Source of the DNA: the human T2T-CHM13v2.0 reference genome, Homo sapiens | NCBI RefSeq assembly: GCF_009914755.1 | Contig: NC_060947.1 | Length of the DNA stretch: 64,000 bases | Reading direction: 5' to 3' (one strand) | Shown here: piece by piece, positions 1-15,197 of the stretch | Layout of the letters: each line of letters starts with the position of its first letter | How positions within the stretch are numbered: the stretch's first letter is position 1 | Notes under the pieces: model-generated | Database searches by the model: none | Told to the model about the DNA's origin: nothing | Seen by the model: the letters and a program-made list of their open reading frames with translations, nothing else | Position numbers and translations under genes: made by a program

Positions 1-2569
1 GGTGGCCATCCAGGCATTGTAGATATTTGATGTAACCATTTGGGGAAGAAAATTACAACCATGTAGTATTAAGGATGCCTTGAGCATTGTTATCATATTG
101 TATTTCCAGACAAAGCCATATAGAAATGCAGTGACTAGGCTGAAACGACACAGAATGTTTCTCTACACTACATTTCTACTCAAAGCATTTCTTTACTACG
201 TTTTCTTCAGTTTTGTTTTATTTTCGTTCACAAAGAAAGCATAGTAAGTTAATAAAGAAACACATAGACTAGTCTATCTTTCTAGCCTCTGTGGGACACT
301 GCTTCATTAGCTGTAGTCAACATTTTAAAAAAATTATCAACACATTTCTGCTATGCATTTTTCTATTATATTGTTCTGGTCAGTAGTCAGTGTTTCTGCC
401 TATGTTTCATTTTGCATATAGCTGTCTCATTTTACCAGCTAATTGTGAAAAAATTTAGGTTGAAATTTCCCTATTCATTACCCTTTGGTCTGTGCAATAT
501 TGACAGCAATCCTCCTGTGACCATAATATTACAGTCCAGGAATGGTGGTTAGAAATAGGAAAGAACAGCTAGAAAGCAATGTATATCATGTCCATCAACC
601 CAGAAGAAAGAGTTTGGCCAGTGTCAGCACTATGTGAATCACTTGTGGGTGACTATCCATAGACAAAAATTACAATTAAATTGAATAAATGTAGCATACA
701 CTAAGAGTCATACCTACAGTCTGGGATCTCCTTGAGCTTACAATCTGACAGAAGTAAGACAAGTTAGTGTTTGGGGAAAATTTATTCTGTTATGGATAAC
801 ATCACTAGTCTTCTGTGCTGATTTGACCGATTTCCTATCTGTTCCACCTAAGGCTGTCCCAAGACAGAGAAAGCCAACTTACAGTCAAGGGAATCTATGC
901 AACTGCTCCACTGACCGTGCCCACTCTCCAGTTTCATAGGTAATTCAAGGTAGATTAAGACAACACAATTACAAAGGCCTCAATAAAAGACAAATTTAAA
1001 GAATTTTGAGACTGGCTTTGTGGAATAGGCAGAATTTTGACAGGCACAAATAATAATAAAGGGAGAAGGAGATCAATTTGTAAGAATGAATAACATTAGG
1101 AAATGGAAGATGGCCAAAAACTAAAGAGTAAGGAGAGATTTCTGGAAGGGGCAAGTGGTGTAATTTATTAATAGCTGCAACACTGGGAGAGGAGCGTTTG
1201 TAGTTAGAGAATGACATCATCAGTGAGCAATTTTCTGAAAAATGGAAGACAAGTAACAATATCTGATATAGTTGGTTCACGCTTCCATTGTCAGAGACAA
1301 AGAGAAGGGCCAAGTCCATGAAAATATTATCTCTATCTTTCAGGAAAGCAGAGGTAGGAGCAGAGGCAGAAGTAAGGTCAGGGTCATAGAGAGATGTGGG
1401 AGCAGAGTAAAGAAAACAAAGAACTGCATTTAATCAGCTACTGGCATTTATGACAGTGAGAGGCAGAATAGGAAAAGTTAGAGCTCAAAAATATAATAAT
1501 TTGACAAATTTGTCTTCGGGTAGGTTGGAGTTCAATGAATTGATTTTTAGTACATTGGGCTGCTTCCAGTGCTCAGTGACCATAAACTATTATTTTTACT
1601 TTAACTTGTATTTATTAAGGTTGCACAATAGTGGGTCCTCTGCTCATATCCCCCAGTAGCAGCAATAATTTCACAGCCATCCATGGACAAAAGTGCCTTT
1701 GTAGGAGATTTGAGACCAAGGTAGGAGACTGCAAAATCCTGGTAGAGCCCAAGACCAAGGAGGAATGTTTAGAGAGGGCAGGCCACACACAGGTGGGAGG
1801 CTCACTGACTGTGTTCCCAGCTACAGACTTGGAAATGGCCTTGTGACCCCTGTGGTCTCTTCTATATGGTACTGCAACCATAACCATTCATCAAAGTACT
1901 TGGGAAAAGTCATGACCACCTCTTTTTTCAGTGACTAGTCTACAAATCTCAGTCCCTGTTGTGGACTCTGAAGCAGCCCCGTAAGTTAACTCAAGCCCCT
2001 CTCAGCAGCAGAGTAGACCTGCCTCTATAGGAGTCCACCAGAAGACATATCCTTCTGTGCCCCTAGAGGCAGGACTGCCTAACTTGATCCCAGCGTAGAT
2101 CTTGAAGTGGCCCTGCAACCCAGCTCCTGCGTCTGCTACCCATGGTTTAGGAAAATATTGCTTACCCAGGAACCCAGCAGGAGGCACACCTATATGTGCC
2201 CCAAGAGGAAGGCCTGCAGACTTTGGTCTTGGCTGTGAACCATGAAGCAGCCCTTTGACTTGGTTCAATTCTCTGTCATCCATAGTAGAGTGACAGTTCT
2301 GACTTCCCAGGGACACACTCAGTGGCACAGCGGGAGCCTTCCCTGGGACCTAGAATGAGCCACACCCATCTGTGCACCTGGAAATAGTCCCACCACCTGT
2401 AGATCTAAATGCGGACCCTAAAGTGGACACTTGGCCCCATATCAGCCCTACTGATCAAGGTCTTGGAGGCAATCCAGTCCATTCAGGACCAGGCGGCACC
2501 CATGCCCACTGAAGCCCCTGGTAATGAAGCCACCACATGTGGACTCCACTGTGGATCCTGTAGCAGTTA

Positions 2570-3012
2570 ATTAGTCTGTTCTCAGCCTGCTATAAATACT
2601 TGAGACTGTCTAATTTGTAAAGAAAAGAGGTTTAATTGGCTCAGGGTTCTACAGGTTGTACAGGTAGTGGCTTCTGCTTCTAATGAGGCCTCAGGAAACT
2701 TACAATAATGGTGGAAGGTGAAGGGAAACCAGGCATGTCTTAACATGGCTGGAGCACAAGCAAAAGGGAAAGAGAAGGGGGAGGTGTCACACATTTTTAA
2801 GCAACCAGATCTCATGAGAACTTACAGTATGAGAATATACAGTAACAAGGGGGAATGGTAGTAAAACATTCATGAGAACTCCACACTCATGATCCAATTG
2901 CTTCCCACAAGGCCCCTCTTCCAACAATGGGGATTACAATTCGGCATGAGATTTGAGCAGGGGTGGGAGAGTGGGGGAAGACGGGAGGGGGGCACACAGA
3001 TTTAAACCATGT
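2570..3012 (-). mobile_element. MST-type MaLR solo LTR inserted in L1
   Basis: AAGAAAAGAGGTTTAATTGGCTCA...GGAAACTTACAATAATGGTGGAAGG...GGGGATTACAATTCGGCATGAGATTT...AAACCAT, typical of antisense MST. Confidence 0.8.
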
Positions 3013-4552
3013 TAAGCATCTGTGTGACCTGACTCCAACCCCACCCGACTGCATTTTAGGAGGTAATTCTATAAGCCAAGCGACCCAAAGCAGAAGATAT
3101 TTATCTGCTGAAATCCGTCTCTACAATTTGGAAGAATTGTTTGTTCCTTCAAATGCACAGGCACATAGGTGACGAAGAATCAGGCAAACATGACAACACC
3201 AAGGAAACTCATAAAGTTCCAGTAAATGACCCTAAAGAAATCAAGGTATACAAATTTATTGAATAATAATTCAAAGCAACTATTTTAAAGAAATCAGCTT
3301 GATGCAATAAAACACAGATAGAAAACTAAATACAATTAGAAAAACAATGCATAACATACCAACATTACAGTACTAGAATATTCTACATTTGATTTATGTA
3401 TTTACCATCACCAGTGAGTTTTATGCTTTTATGTGGTTTTATTATTGTTACTTAGCATCCTTTCATTTCAACTTACAGAACTCCATTTAGCATTTCTTGT
3501 AAGGAAGGCGTAGTGGTGATGAATTTTCCTGTTTTTGTTTGTCTGTGAATATCTTTATCTGTCATTCATTTCTGAAAGACATTTTTGCCGGGTATAACAT
3601 CCCTGGCTGGCAGTGTTTTGCTTCTCATGTTTTGATTGTATTATTTAACTCCCCCATGGCTTGCAAGGTTTCCCTTGAGAAGTGTGCTGATAGCTTTATG
3701 TGGGGTCCCTTTTGAATGACAAGTCTCAATTCTCTTGCTGTTTTCTAGATTCTCTCTTCATGTTTGACTTTCGACAATTTGATAATAATGTGTCTTAGAG
3801 TAATCTTTAGTTTGTCTTGCTTGGGGATACTTTGCAACTCACGATTCTGGATGTACATATCCACCCCAAGATTTGGGAAGTTTTCAGTCAGCATTTATTT
3901 ATATAATCTTTCTGCCACTTTCACACTCTCTTATCTTGTAACTCCCATAATTCATATATTCTTATGTTTGATAGTGTCCCATAGGTTCCTTATGCTTTCT
4001 TCACACTTTTTCATCCTTTCTTGTTTTTGTTCCTCTAATTGGCCAATTTCAAATGACCTCTTTTCAAGTTCACGAATTCTTCTGTATGATCAAGTCTACT
4101 GTTGAAACTATCTAATAAATGTTTTAGTTAATTCATGTGTTCTTCAGCTCCAAGATTTATGTCTATTTTTTATGGTTTCTATTTCTGTATTAAATTTCTA
4201 ATTTTTTTCATACGTTGTCTTTCTAATTGTATTTAGTCTTCTATCTGTGTTTTATTGCATTACATTGATCTTCTTTAAAATCGTTATTTTGTATTATTAT
4301 TCAGGAAATTTGTATACCTTGATTTCTTTAGGGTAATTTACTGGAGTTGCATGAGTTTCCTCAGGTGTTGTCATGTTTGCCTGATTCTTTAACATCCATG
4401 TGCCTGTGCATTTGAAGGAGCAAACAATTCTTCCAAACTGTAGACACTGATTCCAGCAGATAAGTATTTTCTGCTGTTGGGTCCCTTGGCTTATAGAATT
4501 GCCTCTTGAAATTCAGTCTAGTGGGGCTGGAACCAGGTTACGTGGCTGCTAG

Positions 4553-4735
4553 ACATGGTTTGGATCTGTGTCCGCCGCACCCAAATATCATGTTGAATTG
4601 TAATCCCCAGTGTCAGAGGAGAAGCCTGGTGGGAAGTAATTGGATCATGGGGGTAGAGCTCTCACGAATAGTTTAGCTTCATCCTCCCTTGGTATTGTAT
4701 GGGGAGTGAGTTCTCAGGAGACCTCGTTGTTTAAA
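4553..4735 (+). mobile_element. Partial MST LTR, inverted duplicate of part of 2570-3012
   Basis: ATGGTTTGGATCTGTGTCC...CAAATATCATGTTGAATTGTAATCCCCAG; shares the same LTR/L1 junction as the copy ending at 3012. Confidence 0.75.
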
Positions 4736-7287
4736 ATAACGTTTAACTCTAGAATAAGAGTTAAAAGACAAAAAGTATTAAAAATAAATATAGCTACAAT
4801 AATTTCTTGGTGGATACATAATATAAAAAATGTAAAGTTTTACTTCAACAATGTAAAATGTGGGCTGGGTGGCGGTACAATTGTAGCATTTTTTATATGT
4901 AATTGAAGCTAAGTTGTCAACAACATAAAAGAGAATGCAATAAGTATAAGATGATTAATCTTAGCCTCATGATAACCACAAAGCAGAAAACTCTATTAGA
5001 TCACAAAAGTTAAAGAGAAGGGATTCAAAGTGTAGCAGTACAAAAAATAAATCAGGAAGGAAGTCAGCAAGAGAGGAAGAAAGGAACTACAACATAGTCA
5101 CAAAATAACAAAATCACAATAGTGTGTCCTTGCTAATTACTAATTAATTTATGTAAATGTACTGAATTATTCAATCAACAGAGTGCTTGAATGGATAAAA
5201 ATATGAGATCTAACCATATTGTGTTGATGAAAGACTCTATGCTCAAGGACACATGTAGGCTGAAAGTGAAACAATTGAGAAAGATATTTCACATAAATGG
5301 TAACCAAGAGATCAGGTGTGGCTATACTTATATCAGACAGAATAGACTATCACTCAAAATCTGTCTTGAGAGACAAAAAAGTCCACTAGGTAATGACAAA
5401 AGGGTCAATTCATCAAGAGGATATAACAATTGTAAATTTATATATATCCAACATTGGAATACCTAAATATATATAAAACAAATATTAATGTAAGCGAAGG
5501 GAGAAATAGACAGCAATACAATAATAGTACGGAGTTTTAACACCCCACTTGCAACAATGGATAGATCATCCAGAAAGAAAATCAAAAAAGAAACATCAGA
5601 CTTGAATGACACTATAGGCCAATGGACCTAACAGACATGTACAGAATATTCAATTTAACAGTAGCAGAATATATGTTCTTCTCAAGTGCAAATGGAACAT
5701 TCTCCAGGATAGGTCTTATATTGCGCCACAAAAGAAGTCTTAGCAGATTTATAAAGACTTGAAGTCATTATCAAGTATCTTTTCTGACCATCATGGTATG
5801 AAACTAGAAATCAACAGCGGTAAAAATTTTAGAAAATTTACAAATAGGTAGAAATTAAATAACTCACCCCTGAACAACCAAAGGGTTAAAGAAGAAGTCA
5901 AAAGGGAAATCAGAATGTATCCTGAGAAAAACTAAAATGGAAACACAACATAGCAAAACTTATGGGATGCAGTAAGATCAGCCCTGATAGGGAAGTTTAT
6001 AACTATAAATGCCTAATAAAGGAAAAAAATCAAATAAACAACCTAACTTTATACTCCAAGAAAATAGAAAAAGAAGAACAAATTAAAACTAAAGTTATCT
6101 GAAGGTATACATACAAAAGAATATTATTCAGCCATAAATAAGAAGGAGGTCCTGCCATTTGTGACAACATGGATAAACCTGGAAGACATTATGCTAAGTG
6201 AAATAAGCCAGACAGAGAAATACAGACATTGCATGATCGTTCTTATATGTAGAATCTTAAAAAATTGTTTGCCTAGAAGCAGAGAGTAGAAAGATATTTG
6301 CCAGGAGCTGGGATGGGGAAATTGGGGATATGTACATCACAAACACTGAGTTATAAGATGAATATGTTCACGGAATCTAATATATAGCATCGTGACTACA
6401 GTTATAACACTGTATTTTTTACTTGAAGTTTTCTCAAAGAGTAAAATCGAAGTGTCTTCAACACACACAAAAACGCACACATACACAAAATAAAACACAA
6501 AATAGTAACTACGTGAGATTTTTCTGTGTTAATTCCTTTTATTGTCGTATAATCATTTTATAATCTACATGTATATTCACAACATCACATTGTACACCTT
6601 GAATATATACAATTGTTACTTACCAATTATAGCTCAATAAAGCTGAAAAAATAATTTACATTTAGCGATGCTTAAGTTTAAACTTCATTTTAATTAACTT
6701 TTTCTTGATCACGTTTTTTCAAATTGCAAATGAAATATGTACTTTTTGTTACAAGTGAAATAACATAATAGATCCCGATAGCTCCACCCACAACCCATGT
6801 TAACCACTCTACTTTCCTCCATGTTCATATAAAATACATATACATGTACACACACTTAATACTAATAGACATATACACAGTTTTTTGGGTTGTTTCATGC
6901 TTTTAAACTTTGGATCATGTATGTGTCTTTACATCTTTGTTTTTCTTACTCAGGAAAGCCTCATAAAATCTTGAGTCAACTTATAGAGCTCTAATTTATT
7001 ATTTATAAAATTCTGCATAATAGCCCATGGTGTTGGTGTATGCTAAATCATTTGAATTATGTCTCCGTTTTGTGGAGTGGACAGTCTTCAAGCTTTGTGA
7101 CACCATGTGCAACGTTCTAGTGAATTGTTTTGTGTATTTAGGTATTGGGACTTTTATTTCCATGTGAACAGGATTATTAGTATCTTTGTTTCTTATTTTT
7201 TACTAGATACACGTATGTATTACTTCTGCAATTTGCAAAACATCTAAAAGATGCATATTTTCATTTAAAATATTATTCCACACCACT

Positions 7288-7735
7288 GGAGTCTTAAATT
7301 GGGTTCCTGAGAAGCAGACTCTAGAGAGAAACTTGCATTCAGGAGGTTTCTTGGATATTCCATTAAGAATCAACACCTGCAAGGGAGGGGAAAAGGATTG
7401 AATAGAGGGAGAAGGTTAACTGTGATGCAGGTGCCACAGATTTTCCATCTGATTCAACAAGAAGCTCTGGAGTTTGTCCAGAGCTTCACAGTTGTCCAGA
7501 ATTGAGGCAGAGGAGCTGGGCCTTCATAGCCCTGCACTGACCAATCATTGTACGTAGCTGCCCTTGGGGAAGAGATATAACCTTGAGCAAAGCAACTCCT
7601 TTAGATCAAGGGCAAGGCCCAGAAAAGATCACAGCTGTGAGCCGTTAGCAGTCAACACTCCTGGCAGCTGGGGAATTAAGTGGCTGAGTCCTGAAGCGGT
7701 ATCTAGGCAGTACATCACAGCATTCACTACAACCA
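7288..7735 (-). mobile_element. MLT1-type MaLR LTR (old)
   Basis: TTGGGTTCCTGAGAAGCAGACTCTAGAGAGAAACTTGCATTCAGGAGGTTTCTTGG, characteristic of antisense MLT1 ends. Confidence 0.5.
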
Positions 7736-8403
7736 GTAATTAAAAATTCAAATGAAAACAAAAAATAATACCTAAAATGTACTGAATGCTAGAAGCATAC
7801 CAATTTGTCAAAAATCAATTTGTTAGAAGCCAATTTTTCAAATGACCAATTTGTCAAGTTACTGAGGATTACTAGGTCAAAGGGTGAGTGTCTCTTTTTC
7901 TTTTAAAAGATGATGCCAGATTGGTTTCCCACATAGCTGTATGACATTCACTTCCATCCGCAATGTGAGAGAACCAGTTTATCTTATTTTGCTGCCAGCA
8001 TTTCTGATAACTATTTTGAAGAGTAAGTGAGTCAAGGAGTGTATCTAGGTATAAAGCAGTAGGGAATGGCCTAACCTCTGGAAAACTGGGAATTGCATAC
8101 CTAATTAAAAGACTTTGAAATTCAGTTATTTAGAAGACTGCAATGTTGGACAAGCAAAATAGCTCTTCAGGACTTTCCTCAAGAGCTGATAGTTTGGGAC
8201 CCCCTGTTTTAAAAAGAGTATATATTGTGAAATAGAAAATTCCATAGCTAAGCGAATAGAGACTTTCCTTGTTTTATAACAAAGAGATAGCAAGAATGTT
8301 TAAGGCAGTCACCTATGATGTTTGTTTTAATTTGGGGCAAGATTAGGTATCAGAGAGTTTTCAGATCTTATGATGAACCAATATCTTAATTAAAAACATT
8401 TTC

Positions 8404-8706
<303 letters not shown>

Positions 8707-8723
8707 AAAAAACATGTTTTCTA

Positions 8724-9019
8724 GGCCAGCATGGTGGCTGATGCCTGTAATCTCAACACACTGGGGGGCTGAAGTGGGAGGATCACATGAAGCCAGGAGT
8801 TCAAGACCAGCCTGGACAACAGGGAGAAATCCCGTTTCTACTAAAAATAAAAAAAATTAGCCAGGCATGGTGTCACGTGCCAGTAATCCCAGCTACTCGG
8901 GAGGCTGAGGCACCAGAATCACTTGAACCCGGGAGGTGAGGTTTCAGTGAGCCAAGATCACACCACTACACTCCAGCCTGGGCAACAGTGAGACTCTGTC
9001 TCAAAAAAACCACCAAAAC
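8724..9019 (+). mobile_element. Alu (older, S/J-like), tandem to the previous one
   Basis: Full dimer with CpG decay and A-rich tail. Confidence 0.88.
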
Positions 9020-9179
9020 AAAACATGTTTCCTCAAAAATCTATGGAACAGATATATTTTGTGGTTAAAAAAGCACTTTCTGTTGATCTAAGATGTATTA
9101 AAATTACATCTTTAGCACTCTTGAATTATACAAATTCATGCAATATCAACTTCTCTGCTCACTAATTGCTTTGTTTTTC

Positions 9180-10250
9180 AAATGGGAATTCACTGAATGC
9201 CTACTATATTTTAACCACTATGCTAGGACTTGGGATTCAATAGTGAACTGGGGAGGCATGGAGCTTACATACTAGTGGGAGAGACATAGAAATAACCAAA
9301 CAAGATAACAAAAGAATAATTTCAAGTTGGAATAAATGCTATGAAGAAAATGGCAAAAAGATTGAGAGACAGCATGTGAAAATTTAGCATGTTACATTCT
9401 GCTAGGGGAAACAGGTGGGTGAAAAAAGATACTAGGAAAAGGGGGCCCGAGTAGGAGAGCAAGGGAAAGAGAATAGACTCTGAGGCCCATCTCTGCTCTG
9501 TCATTGACTGGTTTCATAACCTTGGACAAGCCATTTTACAGCTTCCTGGCTGGACTTTCTTATTTGTGAAGTGACATTACTGGAATCTACCTGAAAAAGT
9601 TGTGAAAAGTAGATGAATTATAAAATGGAAAGACTATAGAATGCTGCTGGGCACGTAGTACGATTAACTTTCATGATTATAACTTGCACAGTTGATGTAT
9701 GAATTCACAGGCTCACCAGCTGAAAATGAAAGTGTGAAATGAAAGATGAGCAAGGCAACATTTTAAAGAGACTGCAAGTATTTGTTATAAAAGAACAGTG
9801 CTTTCTGCAGTTCCATCTACCATTGTCCTTCTTATACTTTGTGCGATAGAAATAACAGAGTAAAATTTCTAGGTCCCACACTGCTGTATCATGCCTGGGC
9901 CTGGAATGCTCTCCTTGTTTCACTTTTATCACCTCTGACCTCGTGAATCACCTTTCCAATTTGAGGTCAGATACCACCACCTCCAAGAAGCCATGTCTGT
10001 CTCTCCCTCCTCTCAGACAGCATATCAGATCTCTCTCTGTATAAGATCTACACATTGCATATGATGGAATTCTGTGTTCTGACACCGTGTTCCCATCTGT
10101 TTCCGTGGCTCTTTCTCGTAAGAACTGTGAGTATCTCAATGACAAGGATTCTGTGTCACACTCATCTTCTCATCTCCAAAATTTAACATGGTGATTCATG
10201 TATAGTAGGTTTTCAATAATTATTTGTTGAATGAATGAGTGCATAAATGA
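9180..10250. mobile_element. Cluster of L2 and MIR fragments
   Basis: CACTGAATGCCTACTAT...GGAGCTTACATACTAGTGGGGAGAGACA (L2); AACCTTGGACAAGCCATTTTAC (MIR); AATAATTATTTGTTGAATGAATGA (L2 3' end). Confidence 0.55.
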
Positions 10251-13200
10251 ATATTTTTATTGACATCATTCATAATTTTAGCGGACTTTCAACAATTGCA
10301 CAGATGCACAGATGAATTAGTGCTACAATAAAGAAATAGGCAAGCAGTAAAATTGGCTATGAGGAATAGTAGTAGCACCATTAATCGCTAGTTTTTTGTA
10401 CATACTGTATTTAATCTGCTTAACAGCCCTATTAGATAATTCCAATTATTATCCATATTTTCAGAAGTAATGAATATGAGGCTCAAAGGGGTGAAGCTGC
10501 TTGTGCCAGATTATATAGCTAATAAACCATGTATTGCTTTGTATACTACTTGAGCTTTCACTAGCTAGAGTGGTACTGTTTTGGAACCATGATATTTGAA
10601 ATAGGTTATGACAAAATAATGATAGAAACATTTTAACATGTTATGATTAAGTAATTTTGGGAAACACTGCATCTTCCTCTTGAGGATGCACATTAAAAAC
10701 TTCAGAAGTCCTGAAATAAAGAATTCAATTGCTTTTCTGAACATAGCTTAGCTTAACTGATGACAGAGCTTTATTTTTTTTCACAGGACAACAATTGTTA
10801 TTCAAAAAAGATACAGAGGAATATACTTTGAGAATTTCTCACTAATATGTGGAAACAAAACAGAAAATTTAGTCTCATATAATCGTGTATAAAATATACT
10901 GAGTCTATTTAGTTCCTAAACTCTATTCTAGAGTCAAGATTGTTTCTACTAACTGAACTTGTTTAGATAAGACTATGGCAGTATAAGGCCAGGCTATAAG
11001 CAAGGAGGAGATGACACTTTACATAAAAGTCTTGCGTAAAATTATCTGTGCACTGCTGTCTGCAAAATGTTAAGACATATGTAAAGAGACAAATAATGCT
11101 TACCACATTATCTATGTGTCTGATGAAAATGACAATACAGTATTTAGGGTAAGATATGCCCCTATCAGAAAAATAAACTTATGTAGCTTTTTAGCATATA
11201 CTTTTTTTTTTAATTGAAAAGCTGCTATATATTATTGCAAAGAACTTAACTGTATTTTAGGTTGCACGTACATAGGACAAATGACAGAAATAATTGATGA
11301 TCATTTAGAAAAATTCCATTAATGAAGAGAGTAAATCTGTGAAAATAATGTCATTTGGAGACCTTTCGAATTCCCGGCTAACCATCTTTGTATTGAATGT
11401 TGCCACATGATGTCAGTGCCTGGGTCTAGTGGTATAATTGTGTTGGCATCAAGTGCTACTACTTGGCCTCGAACTAGGGAGGAAAGATTAGGTGTGGGCA
11501 TTACATGGAAGTGAAATGTTTGCACCAAGTGAAGGTCAAATTATATTATGGCATGTTGTATAATTTAAGATTTGAAAATGTCTGGACAATAGAAAAGTTG
11601 TGGGAAGAATGGAATCATCACACAGTCCTTGGTATCATAGGCATACAAAGCCCAAAGATGGAGGCCAGTCAGTGCCATATTCATTTCATGTGGTACTCTC
11701 GTTTTCGTAGATATTATGATTTTGTTGTTATTTAATTATACTTCTGTTTTACGGTATGATGAGAGCTATGACAATGAAGACAACTAATTTGCACCTAGTT
11801 TTATATTCGTATACACTTAAGCAACATTCTAATTAAAACAATTGTCATCACTGAGAATCTGACCTACTCTAATTGGTTATGGTTTTCTAAATAGAAAATG
11901 ATGAGCAATGTAAGTCTTGTAACTCAGTTGTCCTCAAGTGGGAAAATATGGAAATGGGTGAAGGCATGGTAGTTGTCACAAAGCCTGGGCACTGCTCCAG
12001 TCAACTACCATGATTTATAGGAAAGTGGCCAGGATGCTAAATGTTCTGCGAGCGCTCAAAATTGACTTGAACAACTAAGAATTGTCTTGCCAACAATGTG
12101 TATTGTACTAATGTTTAAGTCCTATTGATAATACTAGGGTTTTTTTTTTTTTTTTGGATTGACTCCCACCTTATTTGCGTCACTGTAATGTTTGAGGCAA
12201 ATTTGAGCCGAGCTCTAGCAATTGCCCTGTGCCATAGGATCCATATGTGTGCATGCTCATCTACCTCCTTGCTTTAATATTTTCCCATTCTCTTTCCTCT
12301 TCATTTAGAATTATTTACTTATTTACATCCAATCTCATTCCATAAAGGATGTGAGTGTGTTTGTGTATGTGTCTATACACACCTGATTGAGCAACTGTCT
12401 AAATTGGACAGGAAGTATTTGGTTTATATTTGTTTATATTTGTTTACTATTGTTTCATTTCTTTACACAATATGTTTTTCGCCTATATTTGTATCTCCAA
12501 TAGATTATAACATCTTTTAATCTTTCACAACACCACATAGTCCAGGGTTTCTTTTTATTTCCATACAGTACACATTTCTTAACCTTTTTTAGCCTCAATT
12601 TTATCATCTGTCAAATGGAGAAAAGGCACATACCTTGTGAGTTTGTTGTAAGGTTTAAATGAGAAATAAGAAAGGGCATAGTTTAAGTTAGTGACTACCA
12701 CATAGTAAGTGGTTAAGATTTAGCTATATAAAGCTATTTGCATTTTTTTCAATGAATCCCTGCAAATCTGTGATAGTTCCATTAGAAAAATAATCAACAC
12801 TTTAGAGCTGAACAGGAATATAAACTTATTGCTACAGTGGAGCAAATTGGAGCCCAGAAAGAGAAGTCACTCTTGTCCAGTACTGGACAGTTCTAGGAAG
12901 TTTTCTTATTTTCACTTGAATGTTTTCCCATTCTATCCCCCTTGAACCCTGGAAGCTAATAAAAAGGTTAAGGAATGGGGTGACAACAGAGCTAATAATC
13001 TCTTTAAATAATAAAATTATTTAAAGTTTAAATGAGTTGAGAAAACAGGATGACAAAAGAATATTTATTTTTAAATGACAACCACATTTGTTTTGTTTGT
13101 GTTTTTTTAAAATCAGAATAAAAAATCCTCTGTGAGATTTAAACGTCCACTATAATGTGAACGGTAGTAAGCTGATTGCCAGAATATACTTTGATCACCT

Positions 13201-15197
13201 ATCTTACTCACTGGTAGTTTTGACCAAGAAAATGGGTTTTTATTTAGGTTTTTTAAGGGCATGTTACTGCCACTTCCCCAGAAACATATTGAAAATACTT
13301 GCCATGAATCTCTGAAGCAGGCATGTTGTATTACCAATCTGGTTTTTATATGCTGGTTATCACATTGAGACATGCTTTCACTTACCTTTCAATTTTAAAA
13401 AGGCCGGTGATACTTACACATCCAAGTGGACATAATTCTTTTATCCTTTATAAATTTCCTATGGCAAACTGTGTTTCTTTTTAAAACTATTTATTGAGGT
13501 ATAATGCATATACAAAAATTGCAAATATGTAATATATACAATTTGATGTTTGGACATATGCATGAAACAGTGAAACCATCACTGCAATCAAGGTAATAAA
13601 TAGCCTTTAAAAAAATAAGAAAACTGTGTTACCCCTTGAAATTGCCTTTTTTGATATGCCAACAGCAGTGGCCAAATAGCCAGGACATTTTCAGCTCTGT
13701 GTCACCAAATTTATTTTGCTTTTGGACAGTTTGACCTACCCTTGAACTTGTCTATGTCATGCTGCCCAACTTATTTCCTATGTTTCAACACTATCATTAA
13801 GAAGCTCATTTTTTTTTAGATTAACTGGAACCCTTGAAAAAGATTTCATGTTGCTTCTTCTGTGGTTTTTCTCATTTGATAGCAATGAAAATGAGATAAA
13901 GGAAAGACAAAAGTGAGATTCCAATATAAAACAATACCTTAGCTTTTTCTCATTTCCATTTTTCTTTGAAATGTATTTGTAGTTTGTATCTGTGGAAGGC
14001 CTTTTTCATTACATGATGCATAAACATGAAGAATGTGTAGTGATATGCATGCTGCTTGTGTCTGGGCTGCTCTTTATGCTTATATTTTCTTGCCCTTGGC
14101 AAGAAATAAAAAGTGATTTTGCAGTTTTCTTCACTGCTTTTTTATGAGTATAAAATATTTACTCATAATATTTTTCATAGATCTTTTAGTAATGTGGTTG
14201 TCAGATTAAAACCTTTCCTCTCTGGGTTGTTGATTTTATGGTAACAACCAGAAGGTGAGTAATTTCAATCACTTGACAACATATTAGGATTAAAGCAAAA
14301 ATAAGTAGGATCTTTGCATGTCTTCAAATATGCATCGTATACCAAATAAAGCAGGATCAATGAAAGTCTTGATAAATATCTGCTGTTTTTTATCTACCAA
14401 ATTTCTGTTGGAGTTCCTTAAGTTGTTAGAAAAAATCTAAACGCAGAGGCTGCCACCTGCTATTGCCCATGGTACAGGCAACCCAAAGCAAATGCCAAGA
14501 GTTTTATTGAGTTCTTTTCTCAATTTGTTATTGCATCTGATCTCATTCATTGCAATAGATGTCACATGATGCAGACAGACAGAGCAAGGTGAATGAAACA
14601 GATTCCAAATGGCAAAATGGACATTTTATTGTGTTTGTATTTATTTTCTGAAGTAGAATGAGTACTAAAGCAGTCTAGAATTGATATAAAGCATCCTCAA
14701 GTGTGATTGGCCAGGGTGTGCTTACTGCTTTGACTGTTTTATTAGTACCAAGTGGTGGAAACACTAGGGAGACATTCCCATCTTCCCAACAAGTGGAAAC
14801 TTAATTATCACAGTGTCCTTTGCGCTAAATATTTCCTTTACTAATCTTTTGTATTCTGCTTGGGTCCTCAACATTGGTTGTGTCATCAGAATTCACTTAA
14901 CAGTTGCATTGTTCGTCATCCCCCTTTTTGGTGAATGGCCACTCACTGTTACCCAAACTCTGCAGTTCAGTGGTTATCAATCACATCAAATAAGGCCATG
15001 CCTGATGTAAGCCTGATGAACAATCTCTATAGCATAAAGAGCCAAGAATATATTAGAGTGATTCTATAGATGATATAATTGTTCAAGTATACCGGAAGAA
15101 TTAAAAATGATGTTAAAAACAGAAGCACTATGGAAAGAGAAAAAGATGACCTTTTAGCTTCACAGATGAGATGGACACCCAGTGGTTGCATTCTTGG

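Larger units (their letters stand above)
1660..6655 (+). mobile_element. Old L1 (L1M/L1MA-type), rearranged: 5' region, ORF1 block inverted (~3355-4550), ORF2 endonuclease remnant, 3' end
   Basis: A-rich sense strand with endonuclease-like stretches (e.g. GGAACATTCTCCAGGATAG at ~5694); 3' end CCTGCCATTTGTGACAACATGGATAAACC...AATAAAGCTGAAAAAA; T-rich antisense block 3355-4550. Confidence 0.75.
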
